Assembly: GCA_965153285.1 (NCBI GenBank)
Contig: OZ229112.1
Length of the DNA stretch: 64,000 nucleotides
Direction: 5' to 3' (one strand)
Origin: Podarcis tiliguerta
Taxonomy: Eukaryota
This document shows, piece by piece, positions 47,491 through 62,000 of the stretch (its first letter is position 1; each line of letters begins with the position of its first letter). The position numbers and the translations under genes are program-made. The notes under the pieces were generated by a model. The model saw only the letters and a list, made by a program, of their open reading frames with translations, did no database searches and had not been told where the DNA came from.

Positions 47491-49621
47491 AATTGCTTTG
47501 AGATGGTGGTTTAGAAAATGATTACTAAAATAATAATACTAATACTAATAACAGTAGTAATAATAATAAAGAATGGTAGTAGCAGTAGTAGTAACTTGTG
47601 AACCACCTTGCTGCTCAATAAGCCATAGTTAAGATTAACCACAGTTTAGGGTCCAAACATAATGCTAAACTGTGATTAATGAAAACAGGTGAAAGCTTCT
47701 GATCGGATCTCCTCCTTCTGGCTGGTCATGTTGGAGGACCTAAGCTCATCTCCATAACAATAAACTAAAGCTTATCATAATGCCCCAACACAGCCATTGG
47801 TCTAGTTTGCACATAATACTAAATGCCTCTTCGCCTGCCACACAGCCAGGAGGAGAACTTCAAACTGTGAGCTATGAAGCTGAGTTGTTTAACTAACTAT
47901 TGTTTGTACCAAGACAGGAATCTTGGTTCACAAATAATACTAAGCCAAGTTTGAAGTTGAACTGCCAGCCATGTAGGACAAAGATTGAGACGGCGGGGGA
48001 TGAGGGGAGTATGCAAGCCTGATGCTTCACTCTAGTTCACCAAGGCTCATCCCTGGAGTACTAAACCATGGCTTATAGGAGAACCAGCCCACTGTGTAAT
48101 AATCAGCCAAGTGCTTCCAAAGAATCTGGCTTTCCATAAATCAAATATGCAAAGTGAAGACAGGTAGGATTTTGATATCTGTTACAGGAGTGGTCAAACA
48201 TGAAATGTCTATTACCCACTTCACACATCATTACTTACAAACCTAAAAAAGCCTCTTAGCAGGGATTTATGTGAGAAGAGATATGTGTGGATGCGTTCTG
48301 TTAAAAGCTTGCACCATGATAATCCTCTAAATTAAAATTCAAATACTGGAAAGCTGCATTTCACAATATTGCTGGTGCACACATGCTTCATACTATCAAG
48401 TTACACTGGCAAGTATATCCAGTCACATTATTCTAGTAATATTAGAATACAGAAACCATGTTGTTTCTATATTGGTTCTATATTGGTTCTCCTCAAGCTT
48501 CTCTCATTTCCTTTCACAACAATTCTTTAAGTGATTTCTTATGTAAGGGAACATGAATGTGATTCCTTCTGAAGTTTCCGGCCCAGTTCAGATGTCATGA
48601 GGGCTGATCAATGAACCACTCTTTGGTGTTGACGTCATAATTTTGCCGTTCCTTCTCTACCAATGCAACCCCCTCCACATACACTTTCCTAGTCCACAGT
48701 AACTAAGCTTTACCAGAAATTAGGGGGTGTCACAACAATCCAGTAGTTTAATTTCCTATGAAGATTTTTTTTATCCCATATCTTCGTTACATATGATTCT
48801 ATCTGACTTACTGTCTGGGGAGAGAGCTGTAGGGACAATAACAAACAGTGGCTAGATGCACAGACTCTTGTGCAAGTTATATGAAGATACCGGATGTTTG
48901 ATCAAAATACACATCCAACTGCAAATGACTGCCAGTGCTATAATCTGAAGAGTATTCAGATGCACACCCAAAAGTAGCACAACACACATGTGCCAACTAT
49001 TGCTACAACAGGTGCATCCATTAGTGCAACTATTTTAAGTAAAACAACAACAAAGAAGCCTAAAGGAATTGACATTGTTGAGAAAACCAAGGATATCTGA
49101 AATACTCTGCACTTCCCAAAGATAAAAGAGGGTGGGAAGGCAAAACAGAAACCTCTGTGGAAATACTGTAGAGGGGAAGATGTCACATATCCATAACTGT
49201 AACTATGGTTACTTTTATTCAAATGTCACAATGAGTGAACTAACATTATCTCTAACTAGGAAAGTGAGTGAGAAGGAGCACACAAGGCTGACAGGAAAGA
49301 AGAGGAGTACACCATTCTGCCAGGTACCCTCAGCTGCTAAACCATAGTGTGGCAATTAGAAAGCATGACATCTGAACTGGACATCACTATTGTGGTGTGA
49401 TTATTTTGAACTCTCTAAAAACTACAGGAGTGCCTTCTACTTCATCTCTGCTGCATAACAAGATTAAAACCACTAAATATTTTAGCAAGGTTTTGTGAAT
49501 CTCAACCCCATGGATTGCATCCAATTAAGTTATACTCAGAGTAGGCCCATTGAAATTAATGGGCTTAAGTTACTCATGGTCATTATCGATCTGATCTGAG
49601 TATGACTAACTTTGGATACAA

Positions 49622-49978
49622 GGAGGTGGGTGGCGCTGTGGTCTAAACTACAGAGCCTATGGCTTGCCAATCAGAAGGTCGGCAGTTTGAATCCCCGTGA
49701 CAGGGTGAGTTCCCGTTGTTCGGTCGCAGCTCTTGCCCACTTAGCAGTTTGAAAAGCACATCAAAGTGCAAGTAGATAAATAGGTACTGCTCTGGCAGAA
49801 AGGTAAACGCCGTTTCCGTGTGCTGCTCTGGTTCACCAGAAGCGGCTTAGTCATGCTGGCCACATGACCGGAAGCTGTCTGCAGACGCTGACTCCCTCGA
49901 CCTATAGAATGAGATGAGCGCGCAACCCCAGAGTCGTCCGCGACTGGACCTAATGGTCAGGGGTACTTTTACCTTTAC
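49622..49978 (+). mobile_element. Sauria SINE, full length, inserted in the arm of an older palindromic element
   Basis: Homologous to the 2081-2417 copy; ends ...tttacctttacc; 12-bp TSD ctttggatacaa (49610-49621 / 49979-49990). Confidence 0.9.
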
Positions 49979-50421
49979 CTTTGGATACAAACCTATGGAC
50001 ACACAAACAGTGTGTCTGCAACATGACAAAATAGAACTTCTCTTTGTTTACAACTTGAGCTATTTATCATCTGTGTAACATCACAGTAGCCATGTGAATG
50101 TAATAGGCACCGCCTTCCACGGGTGTGTAAGTGATTTCCCCCCCCCCTCCACACTCAGACATAGGATAAAGCCATTGAGCTGAGCTCTTATTATAAGTCA
50201 AAGAAACACATTTCAACTTCTTTTCAAGTAAATTTCAAAGCTAAGGAAGAGTCAAAAGAAGTAACATATTCGTAAATTAGCTGCCTAAATTGTCTGTTGT
50301 ATTACTGGGGGCAAAAAAAACATACCATGAATAGTAATGAGAAGGCCAAAAGGCTCAGTACATTTCAATAGGGGGGAAGGAAACCCTTTGATGTGAAACA
50401 TGCCTCTCCTTTCAGCACTCA

Positions 50422-50426
<5 letters not shown>

Positions 50427-50455
<29 letters not shown>
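50427..50455. repeat. (CT)n microsatellite
   Basis: Direct reading. Confidence 0.95.
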
Positions 50456-50458
<3 letters not shown>

Positions 50459-51269
50459 TCAAAAGGCTTGCGATCCAAATTGAATTGCAGCATTTAACAG
50501 CCTGCTTGGGTATCAACCAATCCTACTTCACTTACAGTCAAGGCAAAATCCCCAAACAGATTTTGAAGAATTTGTTTCTGTGCACTTTGTCTCTACAGGA
50601 TGATATAGGACAAGCTTAGCTGCTGCAGTGAAGAGCAGAGACAGGACAGGATAAAGGTAGAGAGATTAGGAGATGCTACATGTTATTGTTTCCAGGGATG
50701 TATTTTTGCCCTCGACTTCTCAGTAATGTTGTATATCTGCCATATAACATTACAGATAACCAGTACTAGGGCTGCAACTTTCTCCAAGATTAAATTCTTC
50801 TAAACATTTCTGCCTGCTTCTTGAAGTGCTTCCTCTCACATCACTTGGCAGTAAACACCGGTTTGCGATCATACAGGATATCAGCATTTCTAACCATGTG
50901 TTTATTGCATATCGTTTCTAGATGTAGGCATACAAAATAAGCGAACCCCTAAAAAGAGCATACAAGCTCTAATCCAGTTATGACTAAGCCTGCAATTCCT
51001 ACATCCATGTATAAGCCCCAGTGAATTCAGTGGGACTCAGATCTGAAAAGACATGCATGGGATTGCATTGTAAACCCCACTGAGACACAACTAACTCAAG
51101 TCACATTTGTCTCAACAGGACTTAGTCATGAGGAACTTTCACTGGGTTGAGGCCAATGTGTGAACTTGCACTAAGTCACTCTGTTGGTGGAAGCGCAAGG
51201 AAGTGTGACTGCTTTCACCTCAAACCCCTAGGACAACAACAAGGGAGAATGAATGGCTGTTAGTTTATT

Positions 51270-51790
51270 CTTATTTTATTTTATATTAAAGATTTTGTTG
51301 ATTTACAAAAGTGTGTAATGTCTCTCTCTCGTGTTTTCCCCCCCATGTAACATTTTGACAAATCATTTTCATTTGTTGAGACATTAGGAAGAAAAGGGAG
51401 AAAGAGGTGGAGGGGGGAGAGATGGGTGAGAGTGGGGTCAGGTGGCAATGTTTCTATTTCACTTACTATATGTGGGGTTTGGTGTCAGCGTTGCTTGTGC
51501 AGGTTCATTGCTGTTCGCTTGTGTTCCTTTGGTGGTGAGAGAGGTTGGAGTTGGCCTAGGGTGTGATTATTCATTTGTGGTTGGCTGTGGTGATCTTTGT
51601 TATCATGTGTGAGTGGGGTGGGTGGGTGTTTTGGATCAGGTTAGCCATATTGATTTGTATGCTGCTGGTGGGTTTTTGTCATTGTCTTGTTGGGCTGTGT
51701 ATGTGATAAAGGGGAGCCATACTGGGGTGAAGGTGTCTTCTTCTATTTGTCCCCGTGTCAGTTCACTTTATTGGTTAATTTTTCTAGTAG
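51270..51790 (-). mobile_element. 5'-truncated L1-type LINE (ORF2 C-terminus, 3' UTR, A-rich tail)
   Basis: 15-bp TSD ggctgttagtttatt (51255-51269 / 51791-51805); minus strand reads LLEKLTNK..GQIEEDTFTPVWLPFITY; AATAAA/A-rich end. Confidence 0.75.
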
Positions 51791-53543
51791 GGCTGTTAGT
51801 TTATTTTAATAAGAACAAAGGAGGGAAATCCCAGGCCTCTGGGTGCAATTAGACCTTGTGCCCTGACATTGATCTAAGCACGTCTACCTCTAACCATCAT
51901 CTGGCCTAATATGATGTCAGGAATTGGGCAGGCAAAACTGAAGCACAGTGCTTTTTCAATTGGGCACTGTTTTCTGTTGCCCTATAGTACCAAATTCAAA
52001 CTGGGACTGCAAACGAAGTATCAGGTGCATGCTTAACAGTGTGTTTTGATTTTTTCTTTGTAGTTTCAGGTTACAGTCTGAATCACCTGACGCCATGTGA
52101 CATCAGGTGCTTGCCAAGTGGGCAGCCCTGCCTGCCTGTCAAAGTTGCCTGAAAGGAGCCAGGTTAGTTTCCCATCCCTGATAGCGAGCAAGTTCAGCAA
52201 ATGGCTCTAGAATTCTTTTCACTCATGTACTATTACAGAAATGGAATTGTTGATTTGCTGCCTGAAGCACACAGTTCCACACCACCAGCTGGTTTTGCTG
52301 TAAACCTTAACTAATTTCATTAGACATTAGCATTAGAAGACTGAAATCATGAAAAAGCAATGAAATAGGTTCTCTGAAGGCTGGTGAGGAAAACAGATCA
52401 ATTTCTGTCAGGTGATTTCCTCCCCCCACTAGATTTACGTGAAGTATTTCAAAATAAAGTTATCATGGCATGTTTTCTTTTCTAAGTACGTCTTAAGACT
52501 GAGCACGGGATTAATGCGAGAGCCATTTTGGGCATTTATTCATGAAAAAGCAATTTGAAAAATCCACCAATTTAAGCTATCTTGTTCAGAATTGGAGAGC
52601 AATTAAACACCATGTACGGAGGAAAACAGAAAGGCCAGTGATAATTTAAAATGCCAAATTGCATTGTAAAAACCCTGGATTTTCATTTAGATTTTTCCCT
52701 GAAGCTTTTCCTTGGGAAAATCAAAAAGAAGGGAGGAACACTTAAAAATATACACAATGCAGAGTTGGTTTGAATTCTGCAGGGAATCTGGAGTATGATA
52801 TCCTACTAAATTGGCAGTGGCTCAAATTGCATTTCTGCAAGACTAATGAAATGAGAAATGTTGTTTCAAGCTTCATGCCATGTCAGACAATATAAAACTA
52901 AAATGCCCTTGAGTTAATCAGAACAGTCTATTCAGCGTAATTCACCCATTCGAAATAGCTACTGAGCAGGCTGGAAACAGTGGCACACTGGGCATGATTA
53001 TTCTGGGTAATAAATGCACTAAAATTGCTGAATTAGTAGGCAGCTATCCCAAATATATGCATTCCATCAGGGGAAAGCACCTTTCCATCTTATTCAAAAC
53101 ATGCGCCCTCCCCAATCACATTATTTCTTCATAATTTTTGCAATATTTACACTTCTCCCCCTTGACCAACATTATTGCATGTCACACAATAACGAAACTT
53201 ACTATTCAGTTACTACTATTCTGTGTGTAAAGTAAACCCACAACAGAGGTTACCAGGGGTAGATCATTGTGCATTGCAAAGTTTGTTGCGATATTCTCTT
53301 CGCTGCTTTCTGCAGGACCTGTTGCTCTCCAGGTAATGTAAAGAACCCTTTTGGTTTGCCCTTATTTTCAGTAGCTACTTTATCATGTTACCAAGAGATT
53401 GTTTAACTTCAGAAGCAGTTCAATATAAAGATCTCTCCTGTCAAATCACTGCTTCTTTCCTTAAGTACTCATAGTCCCTAAGGTAGTTAATTCAATTGCG
53501 TTGGTATACTGAGCTGATCTCAGCGCTGTCAGTCAGCACTTAC

Positions 53544-53657
53544 CAGGCATTCTCCGGTGATATCATCGCAGGACTCTGCGTGACCAAAACATGTGCACGG
53601 CCTGCAGATTCCGCCAATGATGGTGCCATTGACTCGCCTGTGCCTTGGCTGACAAGA
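53544..53657 (-). CDS. LAMA2: LAMA2 exon 16 equivalent (LE repeats)
   Basis: cctgcag|TCT...CTG|gtaagt; 114 nt; SCQPRHRRVNGTIIGGICRPCTCFGHAESCDDITGECL. Confidence 0.96.
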
Positions 53658-55595
53658 CTGCAGGAGATGAAACATTGAGAATATATTTTAAAAAACGAAG
53701 AAGTAGTGCAGGAGCACATTTGACAAAAATAAAGGAGCTTAATATGTCATTCTGCCTCCTCCAAACCCAGCACCGACTTGTTCTATGGCAGAGAATGTTG
53801 CACTCAGGCTGTTGCTGTGTGCAAAGGTCTGTGGGGTGGCCCAATCCAACCGTAGTATTAGAAAAAGGAATAAAACAGCATCTCTCCAACAAAATATCCC
53901 CACAAATAATTTCTAGCGAAACACAATTACTGGGAGACAGGGACATACCACATGTTACTGAGCAAGAATAATGGGGCAATTACAAAATCATTCAAAGTTT
54001 CAATGATGACCTTTCACTAGAGGACATTCAAGTTGCCCATGTTTGTCTTGTTGGGGCAGGTGGGAAGGCTCCCTGTAACTTGGCACCCCCTTTCCAGGAG
54101 TTCTATGCCCCTCAAGGTGTCCCAGTGTTTGAAAACCACCATGATAAGCAATAAAGACCCAAGTGCTAAAACACCTCTCGAAAACCTATGTTCCTGACAT
54201 GATGTCTGTGAAAAACTGACCTTAACCGAATAGGCAGGTATAAGACTAAAGGAGGCATTAGCTTGCTCTTTCTTCTGAAAAGGTAAGAGAAATGAAGAGT
54301 GGAAAGTAAGACAGCTTCACATACCAAGATTTACAGAATGAAAATAGTTAGAAGACAAGTTACTGAAAGAAAGTGGGGAAAGGAGACAAGTGAGAAAAGA
54401 CAGGATCTTTTATTGACACTGCAAATCATAGCTGAAATACCACGTGAGTTATATTGGTCAAAGATTAATGAGAAGCAGAAGGCAAGGTAGAAAAGAAAGC
54501 ATGCATCACAGGCCTAGTGAGATGGGAGCTGCCTCCACATTGCTGGGAATGTGCATGCACATTACAACCACATGCAAATGCTACATGCCTCTTGCTTAAA
54601 TTTTCCCCAGACCATTGGAGTAATAGAGAAAGCCTTTCCTCAGTTTGGTGATACCAGAAACAAGCATCCTGTTTCTGTTCTCTGTTGGTCTGCCACCCCC
54701 CCTCCCCTTTATGGTCAACCTTTTCACATCTTCCCTCAAAGCAGTAAGGGACAAAGGGGATTGTGCCCTCATAATCTACATCCTGATGCTTTGCTATGTT
54801 ATCTCTCCCTCTCAGTAAGCAGGAGATGGATGGCAGGTGTGCAACACAGCACCTTCTGCGCCACCAGCTAGAACTGCTCAAATTACTATGGCATATTCTG
54901 TACTACTGGCTGGCAAATTGCCCTGCCTACTCAGAGGATGGCAGATGGGGCGAAAAAATGGAAAGTAATTAGTGCGGGTGCCAAACCCTCAGAAAAAGAG
55001 ATTGACTGGGTGAGAACTGAGCTCTAACCAGGACCCACAATAGGAAGTGGACCACATTGGGTAAATCCGGCATACAAACTAAGGCATTTATAGTTTCAAA
55101 TGTCGCAGACATGCTAAATAGTACATTTCACAGTCTAAGAAATAAATGATACTCTTAATGTTGTTAAAGCCGTAAAATAAGTTTAGGCTTGATAAGAAAG
55201 TAAGAATTGCATATATTTGCACAAATTTCAAAATTGTTCCTCATCCTTACCACTTGGCTTCAATATTTCCAGAAATTTTATATCTCTCCATATGTATGTG
55301 GGTCCTCATACAAGAAGTTAATTCTTTATACATGTAGTGATAGCTGTCATCTCAGAATGGGTCATCTCAGAACATACTTTTTGACATATACTTTTAGCAG
55401 TGGTAATTCAGTGTACTTTATTTTTATCAATGGGTATTTCATAGTGGAGGTGACATCTTGTAGGTGTGATTTATTAGCAAAACCCTGACTGTTGTGCTTG
55501 CTCTTCAGAATAAAATGCCAGGCAGCAGTCCTAACCTGCCATATATTTTAAAAATCATTGTATGGTTCTGAATTCAAGGGGAAGGGCTATAGCTC

Positions 55596-55950
55596 ATAAG
55601 AACATGTCAGGCCAAAAGCCCATCTAGTCCAACATTCTCTTTTCACAATGCCAACCAGAGGCCTATGGGAAGCTCACAAGCAGAATCCAAGTGCAACAGC
55701 ACTCTTCACATGATTCCCAGAAATTAGTGTTCAGGGGCATAACATAGCCATCATGACTAGTACTTATCCTCTATGAATTTGTCTAATCCTCATTTGAAGA
55801 CTTCCAAGTTGGTGGCCACCACTGCTTTCTATGGGAGCCAGTTCCAGAGTTTAACAATGCACTGTGTGAGGAAGCCATTTTTTTTTGTCTGCCCTGATCA
55901 TTTGCCTTGGCAACATGCATAATCTTATACACCTCTTTCAGGCCCCCTCT
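55596..55950 (-). mobile_element. Old CR1-like 3' fragment
   Basis: ataagaaca tail, cccatctagtcc, and ttccagagtttaacaatgcactgtgtgag (reverse of a CR1 ORF2 end), degenerate. Confidence 0.55.
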
Positions 55951-58919
55951 CGTTTTGTTAAAATACACCCAGAGAGAAGAACATAAATATTTGCTCAACA
56001 GCAAGCATGGTATGACTAGTTATGTTTTCTTTTGACAAGGGAACTTCCATGACAGCATGAAAGAAAGCAGCCAAAAGTATTTTAAAGAATTTGTTTATTT
56101 ATTCCCTTTCTTTTGAACTTCTGTCCTCCCTTGAACAATTCAAAGATTCTTCAGTATCTGCAAGCTTCTCCTCTTAATCAAAAGACATGTTGCCATTGAA
56201 GGTCAGGCAAGGAAGCAACACCTTATTATCTCGCCCAGTTCAAATTGCAAGCAGGATGCTCTTAAGAAATGCATGCAAGAAATGAATTCAATAAAATCAT
56301 TATTTCTTCACTGGCATTCTATAAAGGGCACAGAGTAGTTCTGAAGACCAAATGTAAAAATTATTTGTTTGGTAGAAAAGTCCCAGCCTTACAATGGATT
56401 GTATGTTATGAAGTATGCAACACCAACATAAAATCCCATATCTCCTCACCTCGAAATAGTGAGCAGGATCAAGTATGGAACATTGGAATTTAGAAGATCA
56501 GTCATGCAGCATCTCAATAGAACAGAATTAAAGCTTGCTTAACTGTCAAGCCCCAGGGAATCATGGGGATGGGAGTGGCTTTTCTTATTTGGCAGATATT
56601 TGGGAATTTTAACAGATGATTTTCAATAGCTTCACAAAAAAACCCCAAGATTCTTTGCTGGAAGCTGGTATAAAAGTGAACAAAAAAATTCCAGTTTATG
56701 TCCCTATGGGTGGGATTCATCCAGTGAGTCCTGTCAGCACAAGTCTTGTGCAATGCCACTGGTGTGACAGGGGTTTGTCCCTTCCCCTCCCACAAGGCCT
56801 CCTGAAATTGCCTCAGGGTGCAGTCAGGAGAACCCCCAGAACAGTCGGGGTGGGGGAGGGGGAAGCTGCAATGCTTGTGATGACAGGATGATCACCATTG
56901 CATGGCACAGAATTCCATCCATTATTTTTCAATAAGATTGCGCTTTGAAAGGGCCTTCTGAAAACCCAACAATCAGCTGCATGTCGAACCTTGTGAAGTC
57001 CCATTCAAATTTGGCACTACTATGTGCAGTGCTTTGCATCGACTTCAATGCATTAGACAATCTGTATGTGGCTTCCATTTTTGTTTATATTTAGTAATTT
57101 GTATTTGATTCCAGTTAGAGACTCTACAGAGGGAGCATCTATCTAAGGTTTTCAATACAGGGCAGGATAAACTTTAATTACAAAGAAGGACAGAGGCTGA
57201 TGAAGGTCAAGGTGGAAACTTCTCAATGCATGAGTCAGAGCTTCAGAAGACAGTCAAGGTAAGCAGTAGATATTTCAATAGTGAGCCAAATTGCTTGGCT
57301 GTGGACAAGAAGCCAGGATATGCTACTCCTCAGATCAAAGGTAGAACAGGATGTGAGAGAACAACAGAAATTAAAAGAACATATTGTTTCATTCTGTTGT
57401 CTCTCCATGGCATTTGTACACCACAAATGCATTTCAAAAGCTGTCAGGTTTCGTATGACTAGGGAATGCTTTTCAATGATCTTGTTGTTTGTCCTATAAT
57501 GGGAAGCACATAAAAATAATGCCCTTGAGACAGGCAATAGTGTTGCTGTTTGTTTGTTTTTCAAAGCAGAACATACAAGAGGGCCATCCTTGCCCATGGT
57601 GTACAGATTAATTTCTTTCCCCACACTGTCATTTCTGGTGAAACAAGGTTCTGAACAACGACAAAACCCACAAATCCCTTGCCAGCCTTTATGAGCTGCC
57701 TCTTCTTTTCTTTCTATATTATTATTTCTAATAGGAGGAACAAGTGAAAACGTTTACTATGAATCAAGGCTCTAAGTCCTAAATGAAATATATAAAATCA
57801 TGGCACACATTCAAGGAAAAGAGAGCTGACAAGTCAATGCCTAGAGTGCCTGTATAAATGGCATATTGTTTATAGTCTTGTGAAACCGAACATCTTTGTG
57901 TTTTAAAGTGCTTCCTTAGAGGCATGGTTGTGAAGGATTTTGCATTCCACCGTGAGCAATGCCTCTATGAGTTAGTTAAGCATATGTACACTTACTTTGA
58001 GAATATGCTGATAGCATTTTGGTGAAAGTGCTGAAATATGGGAATGTTACATTTATAACCTTCAACAAAACTGCACCCTCGAAACCAATGAAGCATGCAT
58101 CCCAGAAAAAGCGGAATGGGGGAAAGGCAATCACACCAAACTGTGGGGAAAGGGCTGCATATCAGATCAAGCACAAAGATGTCATTTTGCTTTGTAATAC
58201 TCAAGCATGACACATACTTTGATTGAATGTGTCAAGTTTCTGTAACTATAATGGCTGATAAAGAAGCGATCAAGCCAAGGGGAAACTGTTGATAACAAAA
58301 TTCTCTCTTATGTGTACATGATACAGAAATTATTGTTTTAAACAGTCACTTAGGAAAGTATCAAAAGCAATGTTTCTTTCTTTGCAAGTGTAAGGGACTA
58401 GAGTAAGAAAAGTTCCAAAATGTTTTAATATCTTACTGAAGCAGATTTTGGACAAATAATAGCAGGGAAGTGGGTGGGAGATTTTCAGCAGGAGTGAAAG
58501 GATTAAAAATAAATAAATCCCTAACTTGTGCAGTTGTCATAATTTGGCCCGGGGCCACCATGGTTGCTCTGAGTTTTAAATAGAAGAGGGCTTCCCCAAT
58601 CATGGGATGCAAAAATGAGGCTAGGGGGTGATTAAAAAAACACAAGAATGAAACACAACTGAATGGAAGAAAGGACGTCGTCCCCCCGTGCAATTCAAAC
58701 TAAAATAAAAGGCGGATCTGCAATTCCACACAGATTTACTTGAGATTCACTTAACACGGTGAGGCTTGCTTCCAGTATGCACACATAGGATTGTTTTGTG
58801 GGATTGCCAGAAAGAGATGTTACTTGCTGTTTGTCTATCCACTCACTTTCCATGAATTGGTTTGAACATTTCAGACATTTCTCTGAAGTGGAGCTGGATC
58901 TGTTCAATGAGATACTCAC

Positions 58920-59031
58920 TTCACAGGAGGTACCAGAATATCCTGGAGGACACTGGCAAACCTCCACAGCAGATGCATATTTTTGTCCACTTGAAAAGTG
59001 ATCAGCTGCTTCCAGGCTGACATCACTCAAC
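58920..59031 (-). CDS. LAMA2: Laminin alpha-2 exon equivalent to human exon 15 (end of L4a, resumption of LE)
   Basis: ctctag|G...GAA|gtgagt; 112 nt; (R)LSDVSLEAADHFSSGQKYASAVEVCQCPPGYSGTSCE. Confidence 0.95.
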
Positions 59032-62000
59032 CTAGAGTGCAAAAATGAGAGAGAGAGAGAGAGAGAGGAAGATTACTATTTACCTGTGAAAGAAACATCA
59101 ATCCTGTAATGTTTCCCAGACCAGATAGTGTGGTGGGGGAGTTGTTTGCTAAAAATGAGATGGGTCTTTCTATTCACCGCCTCTATCTCTTCTTGCTTGA
59201 TATCATTCATGTTTAGACTGTGGCAAGCCCACATTAGAAAGCTGTCACAACAAGTGGATCAGCAGCTGGGGGACTGTGCTTAGCTTGCAAGTTATGTATT
59301 TTTACATCCATCGCAGACACACACAGAAGCAGGCTGCTTGTCAAAACCCAGAGCTGTGGAACTGTCACCATGAAATCCTCTTTTCCAACTTTAAAGCACT
59401 GAAATCCTTAATTGCATTCACCAAGCATACATGACTTCTTAACATCTGTATGAATTCTTAACATACTGCATAGATTTATTAATTTCATACATTTTTTAGA
59501 AAAGCTACCTTTTAGGGCCCAGCCCTCACAAAGTGACTCCCAGCTGAAAACACAAGATATACAATCAAAATCTGAATTTAACCATAAATGCCATAAAATA
59601 TCAATAGGAATAACAATGAAAAAGACAGTGAGGCCAGCTATATTAATGGCAGTATCAACACACATCAGAGCAGCAGCACAATACTGTCCTTTAGGTATAA
59701 GTGGTTCCAAACACCTGTGTCTTTGTAGCCCATTTGAAGGTTGATAACGAAAAGAGGTGAGGCATACCTCAACAGGAACAGTATTCTGCAAAGGTGGAGC
59801 TACTGCCAGGAAGCCCTTATTTTTCTCTCATGCCCATCAACCAATTATCAATAGCAGGCCTGCAAAGAGCTTGTCTGAGGCCCGAGGTGGGAGTCTTGCT
59901 CATGAGATGTGCCATTGTGGCACCATCTAATCTGATGCTACATGTTAGTATGCAATGACACAGGTCCAGATTTTACTATTGAAGCCTTGCAACACATATG
60001 GGAAGCCATGAGTATTTCTCCCATGGCCATTAAGTCCCTGGTCGGCTAGGAGGCATGGGCCATTCTTGCCATGACCCCTGCACAGTCCTGATCAATATTG
60101 TTCATTCATTGTTGTTTACATTACTTGGGAGAGAGAACTACATTGCTAAAGAATGACTGTGTTTTGGTTAATACGTTGCTTTGGGATGTGCAAACTAGGT
60201 AGGTTTACCTTTAAATGTGAACTGAATCACATTTGTTCCCCCATCTGTATCTGTAATGTTCTGCTTTGGAACTTTACAATGACTACCACTAGGGCTGCTT
60301 TGCGCTTTTCTGTGCTTTTGTTATGTGGTTATTAGGACTACTCTGTGACAGTGGGTAAGAATTTCCCGGGGGTGGGGTGGGGGTGCGGAATCAATCGTTT
60401 TCATCTTTCTGATTTTGTTTTTATGTTGAAATCTCATTGTGGAGCTGCACTGAAAGTAAGGGGAAACAAATCTAGCAAAGTACTAGTAAGATTCTTAAAG
60501 GCAAAGAGTAAATCAAAAGAATTTAAAGCCTATTATAAACACAACAAAATTTGCCAGTGGTCTTATTATCCCATTTGCCTATTGAACCACAGATCGTCTC
60601 TTCCAGTGCTATGTGATATAATTTGGAACAATGAGAAACCGTTACACACAGAACATTTCACTCAGTATTATTCCACATTTGTATTCACTGAACAGTTTCA
60701 ATTTTCATTAGGTTCTGCTATTTGGTAAATGGTATTTTAATGTGTTTAACAGTTTTTACTCATTGAAAAAAACAACCAGCAGTGCAATTTTTCCCCACTT
60801 CAATGTAGTAATTTCTTTTCCTCTGTGCCATGCTGAAGACATTAAAGTACATAATGTTGGCAGTAATGGGACACAGGATCTTGGAGACACTTGAGAAATT
60901 TGAGTTTCCAGACCAAATATTTAATATGACTGCTAGTGTGGCAGACACTGTTGACTTGCAAATGCAAACAAGATTAAAAGAGATGCAGCATTTGGAGCAA
61001 TAGCTGCAGAGTTTACGATCTGCTATTATATTAATTGTAGTAGCTTGAGATTAAAAGAAAAAAGAAATCACCGCCCCCATATAATGCTGCTGGGAAGCCT
61101 CTGGGTTGCACGGTTTGCATTTCACGCAACATTATTCCACAGTTGTATTCTCTGACTAGCTTTCATGATGTACTGAAATCTGAATATTGGCTACATGTGT
61201 ACTGGCCTATTGCACTTCTTCGTTCCACATGGGGCTTAAGTCATCATTGCTGCAGCTTTTCATGAAAGCGCCAGGAAGTTTATTGTTCCAGTCACTACTG
61301 GACTGCTACTGAGCCAGGAAATATGCAGGTCACAGAAAAAGCACGGTGGCAATAAGAGTAGGGCACCTTCTTTTCTACCCTTGTAACAGCTCTAACAATA
61401 TTGGTTTGCTTACTTAATACACCGTCTCTGCAGATTTCTAGTATACTTTATGAAGGAGAAGTAGTTATCTGCCATAGTGATTGTAGCTAGGATGCACCAA
61501 GGAGGAGATAGATGTGAACATCTGCTACAGCACTTCCATGTTGATAGTGCAACAAGAAATATGAAGGAATGCCAAGCCAATTGCCCATACTGAGTTGGGA
61601 ACTCCTTTCTTTTTTTATATCCTGCCATCTGCTTTGGCATATTACTAGCCCTGTGCAGGCACTTGGAGTGGGTAGCGGTGAATACACAAAGGGCTGTGTG
61701 TACTCTGTGCTTGCTGTTTCCACACCAATGTCGTGCATTAGAGTCCCTGTCTGAGCAGGGGTCTACATGCATACATCTGGATGTGCAGGCTCTGGAGCAA
61801 CTTGAACACTGTCTGTGCCAGCTGGTGAGGAAAAGAGAGATGGGAGAGACCAGAAAATCTATCTGCACATTTATCTCCACCCGGCAGCCCCACTGACCTT
61901 GAGGCCCATGAGCTTCCTCAGGACTGGGAAGGGAAGAGAAACACCAGCTGCACCTTCTTGCTACCCCACTTTTATTTTACTCTGTTGCTGCTGTGAATAA

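Noticed and set aside
61410-61880. 156-aa minus-strand ORF containing 'RKEF', superficially like LAMA2 exon 14
   Set aside because: Flanking residues do not match L4a (no MTVLANL/ITY-like sequence) and there are no fitting splice sites; exon 14 appears to lie beyond the window.
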